Assembly (NCBI GenBank): GCA_963784695.1
Contig: CAWARZ010000002.1
Span: forward strand, 2,395,513-2,459,512
DNA from: an uncultured Chloroflexia bacterium
Lineage (GTDB): Bacteria > Chloroflexota > Chloroflexia > QHBQ01 > JAICKM01
Reading direction: 5' to 3'
DNA: 64,000 bases
This document shows, piece by piece, positions 54,765 to 64,000 of this stretch (its first letter is position 1; every line of letters starts with the position of its first letter). Under the pieces are notes generated by a model that searched no databases, was not told where the DNA came from, and was given only the letters and a program-made list of their open reading frames with translations. Made by a program: the position numbers and the translations under genes.

Positions 54765-55301
54765 TCAGGCGCGCCCCGCCAGCGACTCCGCGCAGTCTTC
54801 CCCGAACATGCACGCCGCGCAGCGCGCCGGGTCGTCGTGGCTGCGGTGCAATTCGCCTGCCAGGCGCGCCGCGCGGATCGTCTCGACGGCGTCCAACAGC
54901 GTGGTCCGGGCGCCCTCCGTGTAGTCGATGCGGAAGGTCTGGGTGGCGTAGCGCAGCAGACCGTAGGGTGGCCGGCCGCTCGTCTCCTCGACCAGCAGGC
55001 AGTAGGCCAGCAGTTGCAGCACGTCGCCGTCATACGGCGTGGGCGCGTGCCGGCCCGGCTTCACCTCGACCGGGATCAGCCCGTCCGCCGACGCGATCAG
55101 GTAGTCGGGCTTGCCCGCCACGCGATACTGCGGCGAGAACAGCGTCTCGCCCGCCTGCTCGCGGCCGATCGTATCGGTGTAGACCACGCGCGCCCGCGGC
55201 AGCCCGCTGGCCCCCTGCAGCCGCCGCGCGGCCAGCAGCGCCCCCACTCCGGCAATCAGTCCGAGCACGACGACGACGGCCGCAATCGCCTCCAGCGGCA
55301 C
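54765..55301 (-). CDS. Cas4-like PD-(D/E)XK nuclease (DUF83) with an N-terminal TM anchor
   Basis: GTG 55301 follows GGAGGG. TM segment AIAAVVVVLGLIAGVGALLAA. Nuclease core GKPDYLI..IPVEVKPG..QLLAYCLL. C-terminal CAACMFGEDC is the C-x2-C-x5-C cluster motif. Confidence 0.6.
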   Translation of the reverse strand: MPLEAIAAVVVVLGLIAGVGALLAARRLQGASGLPRARVVYTDTIGREQAGETLFSPQYRVAGKPDYLIASADGLIPVEVKPGRHAPTPYDGDVLQLLAYCLLVEETSGRPPYGLLRYATQTFRIDYTEGARTTLLDAVETIRAARLAGELHRSHDDPARCAACMFGEDCAESLAGRA

Positions 55302-55812
55302 GCTCAGCCCTCCGCGGCGTCCGGCGCCGGTGCCGCGCACATCCAACCGCGCGCGCGAATCAGCTGTCCGCGTCGGATGACCGCTCTGGTCCCCATCCTG
55401 TTGACTCCGGTGCGGGCACGATCCCGCTGCTCTACCCCGCCTGGGGCCGTCGGGGAGACCTGTCCATCGGCTGTAAAGCCAGAACGGCCGCCGCCCCGCT
55501 GACACGCCCCTCGCATACCCCGGCCATAGCCCGAACGTCCTCACTTGCCGGTCGCGGCTATTGGCCTATCTGCGTTTCTATTGTAGCATCCACGCAGGTG
55601 GCCGAACAGTCGCAAGACTGGCTTCGCGTGGTATGGCCGCGAGGGGAAGGTCCAGCAGTTCTGGACGGTCGTGCCTCGTCACAGCGCGGTGGGGCGATTA
55701 CGTTGTCAAAGTGGGACGGCGAAGCGCCATACCTTGGCCTTAACTCCTGCGCTCGATGCCTGGAGCGTCTGGGCCGTGCGCTGGTTCCGACCGTCAGAAG
55801 GGAGCACCTTGT

Positions 55813-56154
55813 GTGGCACTCGCGACCGATCCGGTACGACAACAAGAAGCGATCGCGATTATTGCCTTGTTTGTTGGCCTCGCTGCCCTGCACTTGGGCC
55901 TCGCGTTCCGGGTCGGGCTCACAACGCGCGGCGCACAAACATGGAAGACGCTGGCCGGGTTGGCCTTGGGGACCGCTGTCGCCTGGTTTGTCTTGGGTTT
56001 GGTACTTGCATACGTGGTCATACTCGGTAGTCCGACGACTATAATAGGGCCAGCCAGTGCGGCCCTAGACCACACGTTCAGTGTGCCTTTTCAGTGGAAT
56101 ATCCCGGGACGATTCTGTGAATATCTCTTCAAGCGAGATACCTGTCAATATTAG
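55813..56154 (+). CDS. Hypothetical small membrane protein in the low-GC islet
   Basis: GTG 55813 lies 8 nt after GAAGGGAG. There are two or three TM segments (AIAIIALFVGLAALHLGLAF, LAGLALGTAVAWFVLGLVLAYVVIL). Coding status is uncertain. Confidence 0.35.
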   Translation: MALATDPVRQQEAIAIIALFVGLAALHLGLAFRVGLTTRGAQTWKTLAGLALGTAVAWFVLGLVLAYVVILGSPTTIIGPASAALDHTFSVPFQWNIPGRFCEYLFKRDTCQY

Positions 56155-56428
56155 ATATATATGCACGACCGGCGTTGTGGCACTCATCTCATACGTGCTA
56201 GCAGTCTTCGCGGCTGTGTGTGCTCGCCTGTTCTTGCGAGCCTCGGCCATGCTGAAAAGTTAGCACGATGCGAAGCTTATGCAGCGGCGGCGGGCCAGCA
56301 GACCAGCGGCCCGGTGGGCGGGCGCAATGAGACGCGCAGCCTTGACCCGGAGCACCGCCTGGCGCAGGTGAGCACGACGGGCAATGCCGGTGTGCCGGCA
56401 ACGGAGCGGATCCGCTCCCGGGTTAGGC

Positions 56429-57625
56429 TCAGCCCTCCGCCGCCGCGAGCGCCTGCGCCAGGTCCGCCTGGATGTCGGCGACGTCCTCGATGCCCACCGA
56501 CAGGCGGATCAGCCCCGGGGAGATGCCGGCAGCCGCGCGCTCGGCGTCCGTCTGCCGGGTATGGATCATCGACGCGGGGTGCGTGATCAGCGTCTCGACC
56601 CCGCCCAGGCTCACCGCGAGCACGCAGAGGCGGGTGCGCCCAATCAGCCGGTAGGCCGCGTCGTACCCACCGCGCATCTCGAACGCCAGCATGCCGCCGT
56701 AGCCGCCCGGCATCTGCCGCGTCGCCAGTGCGTGCTGCGGGTGCGAGACCAGGCCGGGATAGTAGACGCGGCTGACCGCCGGGTGGCTCTCCAGGAAGGT
56801 CGCGATCGCGAGGGCGTTGCGGTTGTGCACGGCCATGCGCAGCGGGTAGGTCAGCAGCCCGCGGCGCAGCAGCCAGGCCTCGAACGGGTGCAGCACCGGG
56901 CCGTAGACGCGCAAGGACTCCCACGCCCGCTCGATGTGCGGCCGCGCCCCGATGATGGCGCCCGCCGTCACGTCGGCGTGCCCGTTCAGGTACTTCGTGG
57001 CGCTGTGCACCACCAGATCGCAGCCCAGCGCTAGCGGCTGCTGATTATAGGACGAGGCGAAGGTATTGTCCGTGATCGCCAGCGCGCCGCCCGCGTGCGC
57101 GATCGCCGCGGTGGCCGCCAGGTCGGTGAGCTCCATCGTCGGGTTGGTCGGCGACTCGGTGTAGACCACGCGCGTGTTCGGCCGCATCGCCGCCGCGAAC
57201 GCCGCCGTGTCCGGCCCCGGCACCAGCGTCACCTCGACGCCGTAGCTCGGCAGCGTCTGGGTCAGCAGCGTCAGCGCGGCCGTGTAGTGCGCCTGCTGCG
57301 CCACCACGTGGTCGCCCGCGCGCAGGTGCGCCATCAGCGCGACGGTGATCGCCGCCATGCCCGAGCCGACGGCCAGCGCCGCCTCGGCGCCCTCCAGGTC
57401 GGCCAGCAGCACCTCGACCTGCTTCTCGTTCGGGCTGCCGTAGCGCGTGTAGAACGTCGCCGGGGCGACCTCGGCCGCCAGCTCCGCGCCCTCCTCGGGC
57501 GTGCGCAGCCGGTAGGTCGCCGTCTGGTAGATCGGCGGCGACACCGCCGTCGTCTCCTCGGCCGTGGCCGCGCCGTGGATCAGCCGGGTCTGCAGACCCG
57601 GGGCGCGAGGGCCATCGTCGTCCAT
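56429..57625 (-). CDS. Cys/Met-metabolism PLP enzyme (cystathionine gamma-synthase / beta-lyase / sulfhydrylase family)
   Basis: ATG 57625 follows AAGGAGG. PPIYQTATY, VVHSATKYLNGHADV (PLP lysine) and LAVSLGGVETLITHP. Confidence 0.85.
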   Translation of the reverse strand: MDDDGPRAPGLQTRLIHGAATAEETTAVSPPIYQTATYRLRTPEEGAELAAEVAPATFYTRYGSPNEKQVEVLLADLEGAEAALAVGSGMAAITVALMAHLRAGDHVVAQQAHYTAALTLLTQTLPSYGVEVTLVPGPDTAAFAAAMRPNTRVVYTESPTNPTMELTDLAATAAIAHAGGALAITDNTFASSYNQQPLALGCDLVVHSATKYLNGHADVTAGAIIGARPHIERAWESLRVYGPVLHPFEAWLLRRGLLTYPLRMAVHNRNALAIATFLESHPAVSRVYYPGLVSHPQHALATRQMPGGYGGMLAFEMRGGYDAAYRLIGRTRLCVLAVSLGGVETLITHPASMIHTRQTDAERAAAGISPGLIRLSVGIEDVADIQADLAQALAAAEG

Positions 57626-57727
57626 GGGGTGCCTCCTTTGGCCGCTCCGCCGCATTGCGGAGCCCGGGATGTACGGCGGCCCGGAGATCGACAAGGATCC
57701 CCGGGCCGCCGCGGGGCCGGCCCGCGT

Positions 57728-59177
57728 CTAGTAGGTGGCCAGGTAGCGCTCGATCTCCCACGGCGTGACGCGCACGCGGAACTCGTCCCACTCCTGCCGC
57801 TTGGCTTCCAGGTAGCGCTCGAAGACGTGGTCGCCCAGCGTCTCGCGGATCAGGCTGTCCTGCTCCATCTCGTCGAGCGCCTCGTGCAGGCTGCCGGGCA
57901 GCGTGCCGATGTTGCGCCGCTGCCGCTCGTGCTCGTCGAACTCGTACAGGTTCTCGTCCACCGGCTCGGGCGCCGTCAGCCCCTGCTCGATGCCCTCCAG
58001 CCCGGCCCGCAGCATCACCGCGAAGGCCAGGTACGGGTTGCAGGTCGGGTCGGGGCAGCGCAGCTCGACGCGCGCGGCCTGCGGCTTGTCGGGATTGATC
58101 CGCGGCACCCGGATCAGCGCCGAGCGGTTCTGCCGCGCCCAGCCCATGTAGACCGGCGCCTCGTAGCCAGGCACCAGGCGCTTGTACGAGTTCACCAGCG
58201 GGTTCAGGATCGCCGTCATCGCTCGGGCGTGCTTTAGCTGCCCCGCGATGAACTGCTTGGCCAGCGGCGACAGGTTGTACGCGTCGTCCGTGCTGCCGAA
58301 CAGGTTCTTGCCCGCGTCAATCCCCGCCAGCGACTGATGCGTGTGCATGCCGCTGCCCGCGATGCCGAAGACCGGCTTCGGCATGAAGGTGGCGTACAGC
58401 CCGTGCTGCTCTGCGACCGCCTTCAGCGTGTACTTAAACGTCACGGCGCTGTCGGCCGTCGTCAGGGCATTGGCGTACTCGAAGTCAATCTCGTGCTGCC
58501 CAGGGCCGACCTCGTGGTGCGCCGTCTCGACGCGGATGCCCATCGCCTCCAGCGCGTTGACCATGTCCTTGCGCACCAGGCTGCCCTCGTCGCCGGTCAG
58601 GTCGAAGTAGCCACCCATGTCGTGCGTCTGCGTCGTGATCTCGCCGTCTGGCGACCGGAAGAGGTAGAACTCGAGCTCGGGCCCGGTCTGGTAGAGGTAA
58701 CCGCTTCTCGGCGGCATAGTCCATCGCGCGCGCCAGCACGAGGCGCGGGTCGCCCGAGAAAAGCTCGCCGTTCGGTGTGTAAATCCAGCAGATCAGCCGG
58801 GCCGTCGTCGTGCTGCCGGCGCCGTCCGCGTGCCGGCCGTTGCCGCCGGGGGCCAGGCGCCCGCCGTCCTGTTCCCAGGGCAGCACGGCGAACGTGCGCA
58901 GGTCGGGAATCAGGAACATGTCGGACTCGGCGATACGGGCGAAGCCCTCGATCGACGAGCCGTCAAACCACTTGCCGTTCGTCGCGGCATCTTCCAGTTG
59001 GTGGATCGGGATCGTCACGCTCTTGACGATACCCATCAGGTCGGTGAATTGTAGGTTCACGAAGCGGACGCCGGCTTCCTCGGCGTGGGCCAGGGTCTCC
59101 TGAACCAGGCCCGCGGGCTGCGCGCCGTTCGCGAAGCGGGGGCCGGTGCTCGTGCCGGTGCTCGGGGTCGTTGCCAT
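57728..59177 (-). pseudogene. glnA: Glutamine synthetase type I; one frame change
   Basis: The N-terminal beta-grasp lies in ORF 58485..59177 (VRFVNLQFTDLMGIVKSVTIP..DGSSIEGF..DMFLIPD..AMDYAAEKR). The catalytic domain lies in ORF 57728..58717 (GYLYQTGPELEFYLF..HHEVGPGQHEIDF..SGMHTHQSL..NSYKRLVPGYEAP). The junction is near 58699-58706. Total length is 1 mod 3. Confidence 0.9.
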
Positions 59178-59320
59178 GGGCGTGAAATGACCTCCTCGTC
59201 AAACTGGTAGCGGTGCGTCGGGGGCCGCGCGGCACACGTAGCGCGCCGGGCCGCTAGAAGCATAGCAGATCGGGCCGCCATTGGGTAGGGACGCCGTGCC
59301 CAATCCCCATGGGCCAATTC

Positions 59321-59335
59321 TGTGCAATATGCACA
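59321..59335. promoter_or_regulatory. Perfect palindrome TGTGCA-ATA-TGCACA upstream of glnA (operator candidate)
   Basis: 15-bp dyad about 145 nt upstream of the glnA ATG and 16 nt after the stop of the upstream gene, in a locally AT-richer patch. Confidence 0.3.
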
Positions 59336-59350
59336 AATCGGGCGGGCGGA

Positions 59351-61399
59351 TCAGCCGCTGCCCGGCGGCAGCACGTACCACAGCACGCGCGCCACCCAAC
59401 CGTCCGCCATGGCGAAGAAGAGCGCGCCCCAGAGCACGAGACACAGCGCCTGCGCGGCGCGCCCGCGCCGCCACAGGGCGCCGAAGGCCAGCCCGTTGAG
59501 CAGCGCCAGCGCGGGCATCGCGTAGATGAGGTGCTTCTGCAGCAGGTTGACGCGCAGGTCGGCCAGGCTGAACAGCGCGACCGCGCCCGCCGACGCCGCC
59601 AGCCAGAGCGCCAGCCCGGTGCGCGCCGTCGCCGGGGCCGCGGCCGCCGGGGCGCTGCGGGGCCGCGCCCGCGTGGCCAGCGCCACGAGGCCCAGCGCCA
59701 CCGGCCAGGAGCGGAAGTGTGCCTGAATCTGCGGCCAGAAGCCGCTGAGCAGCGGCGCGCCCAGCTTGGCCGCATCCTGCCCCACGCTGCCGCTGCTCTG
59801 CAGCCGCCCGATCAGCTGCGGCAGCACCGCGGTGATCACCTGGGATGTCGTAAACTGGTAAAAACTGAGGAACGCGAGCACCGGGCCGGCCAATCCCCAG
59901 ACGGCCACGGCGCGCAGCCGGGCGCGATCGTAGATCGCCACGAGCGCGGCGAACAGGACGAGCGTGGTGCCGAGCAGCAGCGCGTTCGCCGTATGCGCCA
60001 GCAGCGCCAGCGCCAGCAGCACGGCCAGGACGGCCGGCGCGCCGCGCCCGCGCTGCGGATAGGCCCAGGCCAGCGCGGCGATGAACACGACCAGCAGCCA
60101 GCCCGCGAAGATGCCCGGGTAGCCGCCGTCCGAGAACGCCAGGTTGGTCAGCGGGAAGGCCACGTAGAGCGCGCCCGCCCAGACCGCCGCCGGTCCGTCG
60201 CCCCAGGCCCGCTTGACGGCATAGTACAGGAAGAAGACGGCCGAGGCGTCAAGCGCGGCGGCGACCAGGTTGAGGGCGCGCAGCCGCGCGTCGGGGTCCG
60301 CGACCAGCCAGTTGAGCGGATCGAAGACGAAGTAGAAGAGCGGCGAGTAGGGCACGACCGCGCTCAGCCCGAGTTGCCCAGCGTAGGTCTCGCCGTGCAC
60401 CGGGTCGAGGAAGTGCTGCAGGAAGCCGAGCGGCGCCGCGCCGAACTCCATCAGCCGGTGCAGCCGCGCGTACTGGTCGAGCGTCACGAAGACGGGGTCG
60501 AGCAGGCCCGCCGCCTTGATCGTCAGCGCCGTCACGAACAGCGCGCTCAGCACCAGGCCCTCGCGCCGTCCGATGCGCACGCCGCCCCGCCGGAACAGGG
60601 CGCCCAGTCCCGCGCGCAGCAGCAGCGCTAGCCCAACCGCCACGCCGAGGGCCAGCACCAGCCCCGGCGCGGCCAACGCCGCGCCCAGCCGCGCGCCGAG
60701 CAGCAGCAGGCTCCAGGCGCCGAGCGCGCCGGCCGCGGTGCCCGCCGCGAGGCCGGGTCCCAGGCCGCCCCAGACGGCGAAGGCGTAGAGCAGCGCCACG
60801 CCCGCCAGCGTGAGCCCGAGCAGGGGCAGCGGCGGCAGCACCGGCCCCGGCATCCGCTCAACCGTGATCGACTCGACCGGCACGCCGAGCTTGCGCGTGT
60901 CCTTGGGGTCCCGTTGGTTGGGCGGGATCGGCAGCTCGGGCTCCTGCAGCCGGATTACCACGTCGCCCGGCCAGGCGGCGCCCGCCGTGAAGGGCACGCG
61001 GTAGTCGTGCCAGCCGGGCTCCAGCGGCACGGCCACCGGCGGGTCGTCGTTGATGCGCACGGTGCTCACGCGCTGCGGTCCGCCCCACGGGTCACCGTTC
61101 AGCCGCAGGTGCGCCACCCCGGCGTAGCCCCCGGCGCCCGGCGCGCGCAGCCCGGCGTTGGTGGTCGCCCAGCGGAAGGGCACGGTGCCCGCGTGTTCGA
61201 CGCCGAAGAAGCCGGTGAGGAAGACCGCCGTGCCGTCGTCGCCCATCGCCCACGCGTAGTCGCCGCCGACCTGGTACACCGTGCCGACGAGCGCGGCGGC
61301 GAGCGCTAGCAGGATGAAGAGGTGCGGGCGGCGGACCGGCGCGGCGGCGCGCGCGAGAACCGCCGGCAGCCGGCGGGGCAACGGGGTCGCGTCCGTCAC
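59351..61399 (-). CDS. Large polytopic membrane protein with one extracytoplasmic beta-rich domain (function unknown)
   Basis: Uninterrupted 682-codon ORF. After TM1 comes a soluble segment of about 190 aa, then 12 or more TM segments. No catalytic motif recognised. Confidence 0.5.
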   Translation of the reverse strand: MTDATPLPRRLPAVLARAAAPVRRPHLFILLALAAALVGTVYQVGGDYAWAMGDDGTAVFLTGFFGVEHAGTVPFRWATTNAGLRAPGAGGYAGVAHLRLNGDPWGGPQRVSTVRINDDPPVAVPLEPGWHDYRVPFTAGAAWPGDVVIRLQEPELPIPPNQRDPKDTRKLGVPVESITVERMPGPVLPPLPLLGLTLAGVALLYAFAVWGGLGPGLAAGTAAGALGAWSLLLLGARLGAALAAPGLVLALGVAVGLALLLRAGLGALFRRGGVRIGRREGLVLSALFVTALTIKAAGLLDPVFVTLDQYARLHRLMEFGAAPLGFLQHFLDPVHGETYAGQLGLSAVVPYSPLFYFVFDPLNWLVADPDARLRALNLVAAALDASAVFFLYYAVKRAWGDGPAAVWAGALYVAFPLTNLAFSDGGYPGIFAGWLLVVFIAALAWAYPQRGRGAPAVLAVLLALALLAHTANALLLGTTLVLFAALVAIYDRARLRAVAVWGLAGPVLAFLSFYQFTTSQVITAVLPQLIGRLQSSGSVGQDAAKLGAPLLSGFWPQIQAHFRSWPVALGLVALATRARPRSAPAAAAPATARTGLALWLAASAGAVALFSLADLRVNLLQKHLIYAMPALALLNGLAFGALWRRGRAAQALCLVLWGALFFAMADGWVARVLWYVLPPGSG

Positions 61400-62401
61400 T
61401 CAGGCCGGGCCGGCCGCGGGCAGCGGCTTCAGCAGCTGTTGCCGGCGGTGGGCTTCGGCGAAGCCGCAGCGGACGGCCAGACGATACGGCGGCGTGTCCG
61501 GCCCCTCGGTGTCCAGCACCACGGCGCGCACGCCCGCCCGGCCCAGATAGGCGAGCGCGGTGCCGGCGAGCACCTGACCCAGGTTGCGCCCGCGATAGGC
61601 CGGGTCGATGCGGATCTCGTGCAGAAAGCCGGAGTCGCCGGCCGCCGTCGCGCGGATCACGCCGACGTCGTCGCCCTCCGGGTCGGTCAGCACGAAGATG
61701 CCTGCGGGGTCCCAGTCGGCGCCCGCTTGCAGCGCCGCCAGATCCTCGGGCTGGATCAGCTCGTAGCCAGGGTCGTAGGCGCCGAGGCGGTTGCTCAGGT
61801 CGCGGTAGTATTCGCCCGCATCAGGGGTACCGGCCAGGGTCCGCACCTCGCAGCCCGGTGGCGGAACCACGTCAGGCAGCGGCGGGGCGCCCGGCGCCCC
61901 GGGCGCCGGCCGGGTCAGGTGCGCCGTCTGCGCGACCACGCGGAAGCCGTGGGCCCGCAAGAATCGGCGCCCCGGCGCGTCGTCCTGGTCGATAGTCGTC
62001 TCAAGCACGCGGTGGCCCCGGGCCGCGGCGGCCTGCTCCAGGTGCGCCAGCAGGCGGCTCCCCAGGCCGTGGCCGCGCGCTTCCGGCACGACGAAAATCT
62101 CGAAGTTGCCGGGTGGCCGGTCGGGCAGATGGATCGTGGGGTAGCAGATCGCCGCCGCGACAGGCTCCGTGTCTCGCCAGACGAGCCGGGCGTCGCGCGC
62201 CAGGTCGAACGCCGGGTGGCCGTAGTAGGCGACGACCGCGGCGACGGGCCAATCTGTGCCGCGCGTGGCGTTCACCACCCGCGCCAGGGCGGCGCGGTGC
62301 GGCCCGTCGTCTACGTACCCGGCGATGCGCAGGCGCTTGAAGTCGCCGTCGTCCCACGGCTGCCCTATCGTGATGCCTCCCATGCCTGCTCCCCCCTTCA
62401 A
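61400..62401 (-). CDS. Tandem-GNAT acetyltransferase (MshD-like architecture)
   Basis: Two GNAT cores: FVVPEARGHGLGSRLLAHLEQAAAARG and IRIDPAYRGRNLGQVLAGTALAYLGRAG. Confidence 0.75.
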   Translation of the reverse strand: MKGGAGMGGITIGQPWDDGDFKRLRIAGYVDDGPHRAALARVVNATRGTDWPVAAVVAYYGHPAFDLARDARLVWRDTEPVAAAICYPTIHLPDRPPGNFEIFVVPEARGHGLGSRLLAHLEQAAAARGHRVLETTIDQDDAPGRRFLRAHGFRVVAQTAHLTRPAPGAPGAPPLPDVVPPPGCEVRTLAGTPDAGEYYRDLSNRLGAYDPGYELIQPEDLAALQAGADWDPAGIFVLTDPEGDDVGVIRATAAGDSGFLHEIRIDPAYRGRNLGQVLAGTALAYLGRAGVRAVVLDTEGPDTPPYRLAVRCGFAEAHRRQQLLKPLPAAGPA

Positions 62402-62425
62402 CCAATTCGCGCCGCGGCCCGGAGT

Positions 62426-64000
62426 CTAGCCGCGCAGCAACCGGCGCACATGCAGCGCCACCTGGGCGCGGAAGCGCACCGCCGGATCGTCCAGATCGAG
62501 CCCTGCGATCTCGCTGATGCGTCGCAGCCGGTAGCTGAGCGTATTGCGGTGCAGGTAGAGCGCCGCCGCCGTCTCGCTCACGTTGCCGCCGTGCGCCAGG
62601 AAGGCCTCCAGCGTGTCGAGCAGCTTCGTGCTCGTGCCGCCGCGGCCGTTGGCCTCGCCCGCGGCTAGCGCGCCCAGCGTCTCCTGGTAGAACGCGCGGA
62701 GCTCCTCGGGCTGCTGGCTGCGCAGCGGCAGCAGCAGCCGGTAGATGCCGAGGTCGTGATAGGCACACACGTGCTCCGGGCCGAACAGGTGCTGTGCGGC
62801 CCAGAGCGCCTGTTCGGCCTCGCGCCGCGATTGCGCGCCCGCGCCCAGCCCGGCGAACACGCGCCCCACCCCGGCCGCGGCGGTGCCGTCGCCGTTGCTG
62901 TCCAGGTGCCGGCACAGCTCGGCGGCCACCTCGAGCAGCCGCGGTGGCGGGGCCGGCGGGGCGCTGTCCGCGGTGGGGCCCGGCACGCGCCCGGCCGCCG
63001 GCCAGAGCATCGCCAGTCGCCCCGGCAGCAGTTGCAGGAGCGCGCCGCTGTCGCGCAGCGCGGGGGCGATCGCGGTCGCCGCCGCGGCGAGGCGGCTGTC
63101 GCCGCCCTCGCCCGCCCTGTCCACCCCGACCAGCGCCACGGCATAGGCGGGCGCGAGGTCAACGCCCAGGGCGCGGGCGCGGCTCAGCAGCACCTCGTCG
63201 CCGCTGCCCGCCTCGTAGTTCAGCAGGTCGGCGATGAACTCGCCGCGCAGCCGCTGCTCCGTGCGCGTCTCGGCCGCGGCCACCGAGTGGCGGCGCGCCA
63301 TCTCAAGTGCGCAGATGCCCGCCGCGCGCGCCAGGGTCAGCTTGTCGATCGCCGCGATCGGCGCCGGCACGGCCAGCAGCAGCACCGCCGCCAGCCGGTC
63401 GCGCACGATGGCCGGCGCGGCGAGCAGCGTGCCGTCCGGGATGGGTAGGGCCAGCACGGGCGGCTCGGCGGGGCGGGCGGCACGCAGGCTGTCGGGCGCC
63501 TGCCAGGCGGCCAGCAGCCGCCGTGCCAGGTCGGGCCAGGTCGCCGCCAGGGGCAGGGCCGCACCCGCGCGACCGGTCGGCGCGCCCGCTTGCTGGCGCA
63601 GGTCGAGGGTCGGCGGTGGCCCCGTCAGCGCGGCGGGCGCGCCGACGAGCTTCGCGAGCGCCCGCACAAGCGTGTCTAGTGCCTCCGGTAGCGCCCCGGC
63701 GCGGCCCTCCGCCAGCTGGAACTGGATCTCCTGCAGGTGCGCCGTGCGGCGATAGAACTCGTCGCGCCGGTCCCGCACCAGGTCGGTGACCTCACGCTCG
63801 ACGTCGGCCGCGGCCGTGTCGCCCTCGAGCACGATGAGCGGCAGCCCGCGCTCGTCGGCCATCGCCGCCGCGCTCTTCCGCTCGCGCGCGCCCACCGGCC
63901 CGCGCAGCACCAGCGCCGCGGCCTGCCGCTCGGCTAGCCAGTCGACCAGCAGGGCCAGGTTCGCCGGGGGATCGAGCTCGCGCAGCTGCGCCGCGCTGGC
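62426..64000 (-). CDS. PucR/CdaR-family transcriptional regulator (N-terminus beyond the right edge)
   Basis: The C-terminal HTH is LLDTLEAFLAHGGNVSETAAALYLHRNTLSYRLRRISEIAGLDL. The frame stays open from 63910 to the window end (ASAAQLRELDPPANLALLVDWLAERQAAALVLRG...). Confidence 0.8.
   Translation of the reverse strand, partial: ASAAQLRELDPPANLALLVDWLAERQAAALVLRGPVGARERKSAAAMADERGLPLIVLEGDTAAADVEREVTDLVRDRRDEFYRRTAHLQEIQFQLAEGRAGALPEALDTLVRALAKLVGAPAALTGPPPTLDLRQQAGAPTGRAGAALPLAATWPDLARRLLAAWQAPDSLRAARPAEPPVLALPIPDGTLLAAPAIVRDRLAAVLLLAVPAPIAAIDKLTLARAAGICALEMARRHSVAAAETRTEQRLRGEFIADLLNYEAGSGDEVLLSRARALGVDLAPAYAVALVGVDRAGEGGDSRLAAAATAIAPALRDSGALLQLLPGRLAMLWPAAGRVPGPTADSAPPAPPPRLLEVAAELCRHLDSNGDGTAAAGVGRVFAGLGAGAQSRREAEQALWAAQHLFGPEHVCAYHDLGIYRLLLPLRSQQPEELRAFYQETLGALAAGEANGRGGTSTKLLDTLEAFLAHGGNVSETAAALYLHRNTLSYRLRRISEIAGLDLDDPAVRFRAQVALHVRRLLRG

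Overview
About 70% GC (hand counts on sample lines) bacterial chromosomal segment. It is densely coding, with about 55 protein genes, one 16S rRNA gene and three tRNAs. I found no transposase, integrase, phage gene or CRISPR array. The Gram-positive-type LexA box, cvpA-mutS2 synteny, caa3 oxidase, branched-polyamine genes, an unlinked 16S and GC-rich REP-like repeats suggest a Terrabacteria lineage, perhaps a Chloroflexota-like thermophile. That placement is inference only. Left to right: DoxX (partial), mutS2, cvpA; a lexA / LexA-like S24 peptidase / soluble FtsK-like ATPase trio; a peptide ABC binding protein; a GNAT, a membrane protein and a methyltransferase. Next comes an 8.6-kb co-directional respiratory cluster: caa3 oxidase ctaCDE, ctaG, a fused ctaA-ctaB, Rieske, and a cytochrome b/subunit IV/c fusion. 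A 16S rRNA unit follows that carries tRNA-Ile, an embedded membrane-protein gene and tRNA-Ala, and ends at a strong terminator without any 23S. Then: an operon of ATP-dependent DNA ligase, SRPBCC, two unknowns and an APH-like kinase; FAH and DinB genes; a DEAD-box helicase; a 1.3-kb repeat-rich non-coding stretch with tRNA-Glu; a PHP hydrolase; and a Na+/H+ antiporter. A roughly 10-kb cell-envelope glycan cluster follows (flippase-like protein, two GT4, pyruvyl transferase, epimerase, GT2, two GT-C-like membrane proteins). After it come a polyamine cluster (bpsA-like, GNAT, speH) joined to an FkbH-like HAD enzyme and a carrier protein, an HExxH lipoprotein, a second DEAD-box helicase, an orphan membrane-anchored Cas4-like nuclease beside a low-GC islet, a Cys/Met PLP enzyme, glnA, a large membrane protein, a tandem GNAT and a PucR-family regulator (partial). 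Five otherwise well-conserved genes (mutS2, the peptide-binding protein, DNA ligase, the FkbH-like gene, glnA) need frame changes to be read through. This points to indel errors in the assembly or to real pseudogenes. Most long Arg/Pro/Gly-rich ORFs in the six-frame track are out-of-frame shadows of real genes. All protein-family calls come from reading motifs by eye; no database search was run.
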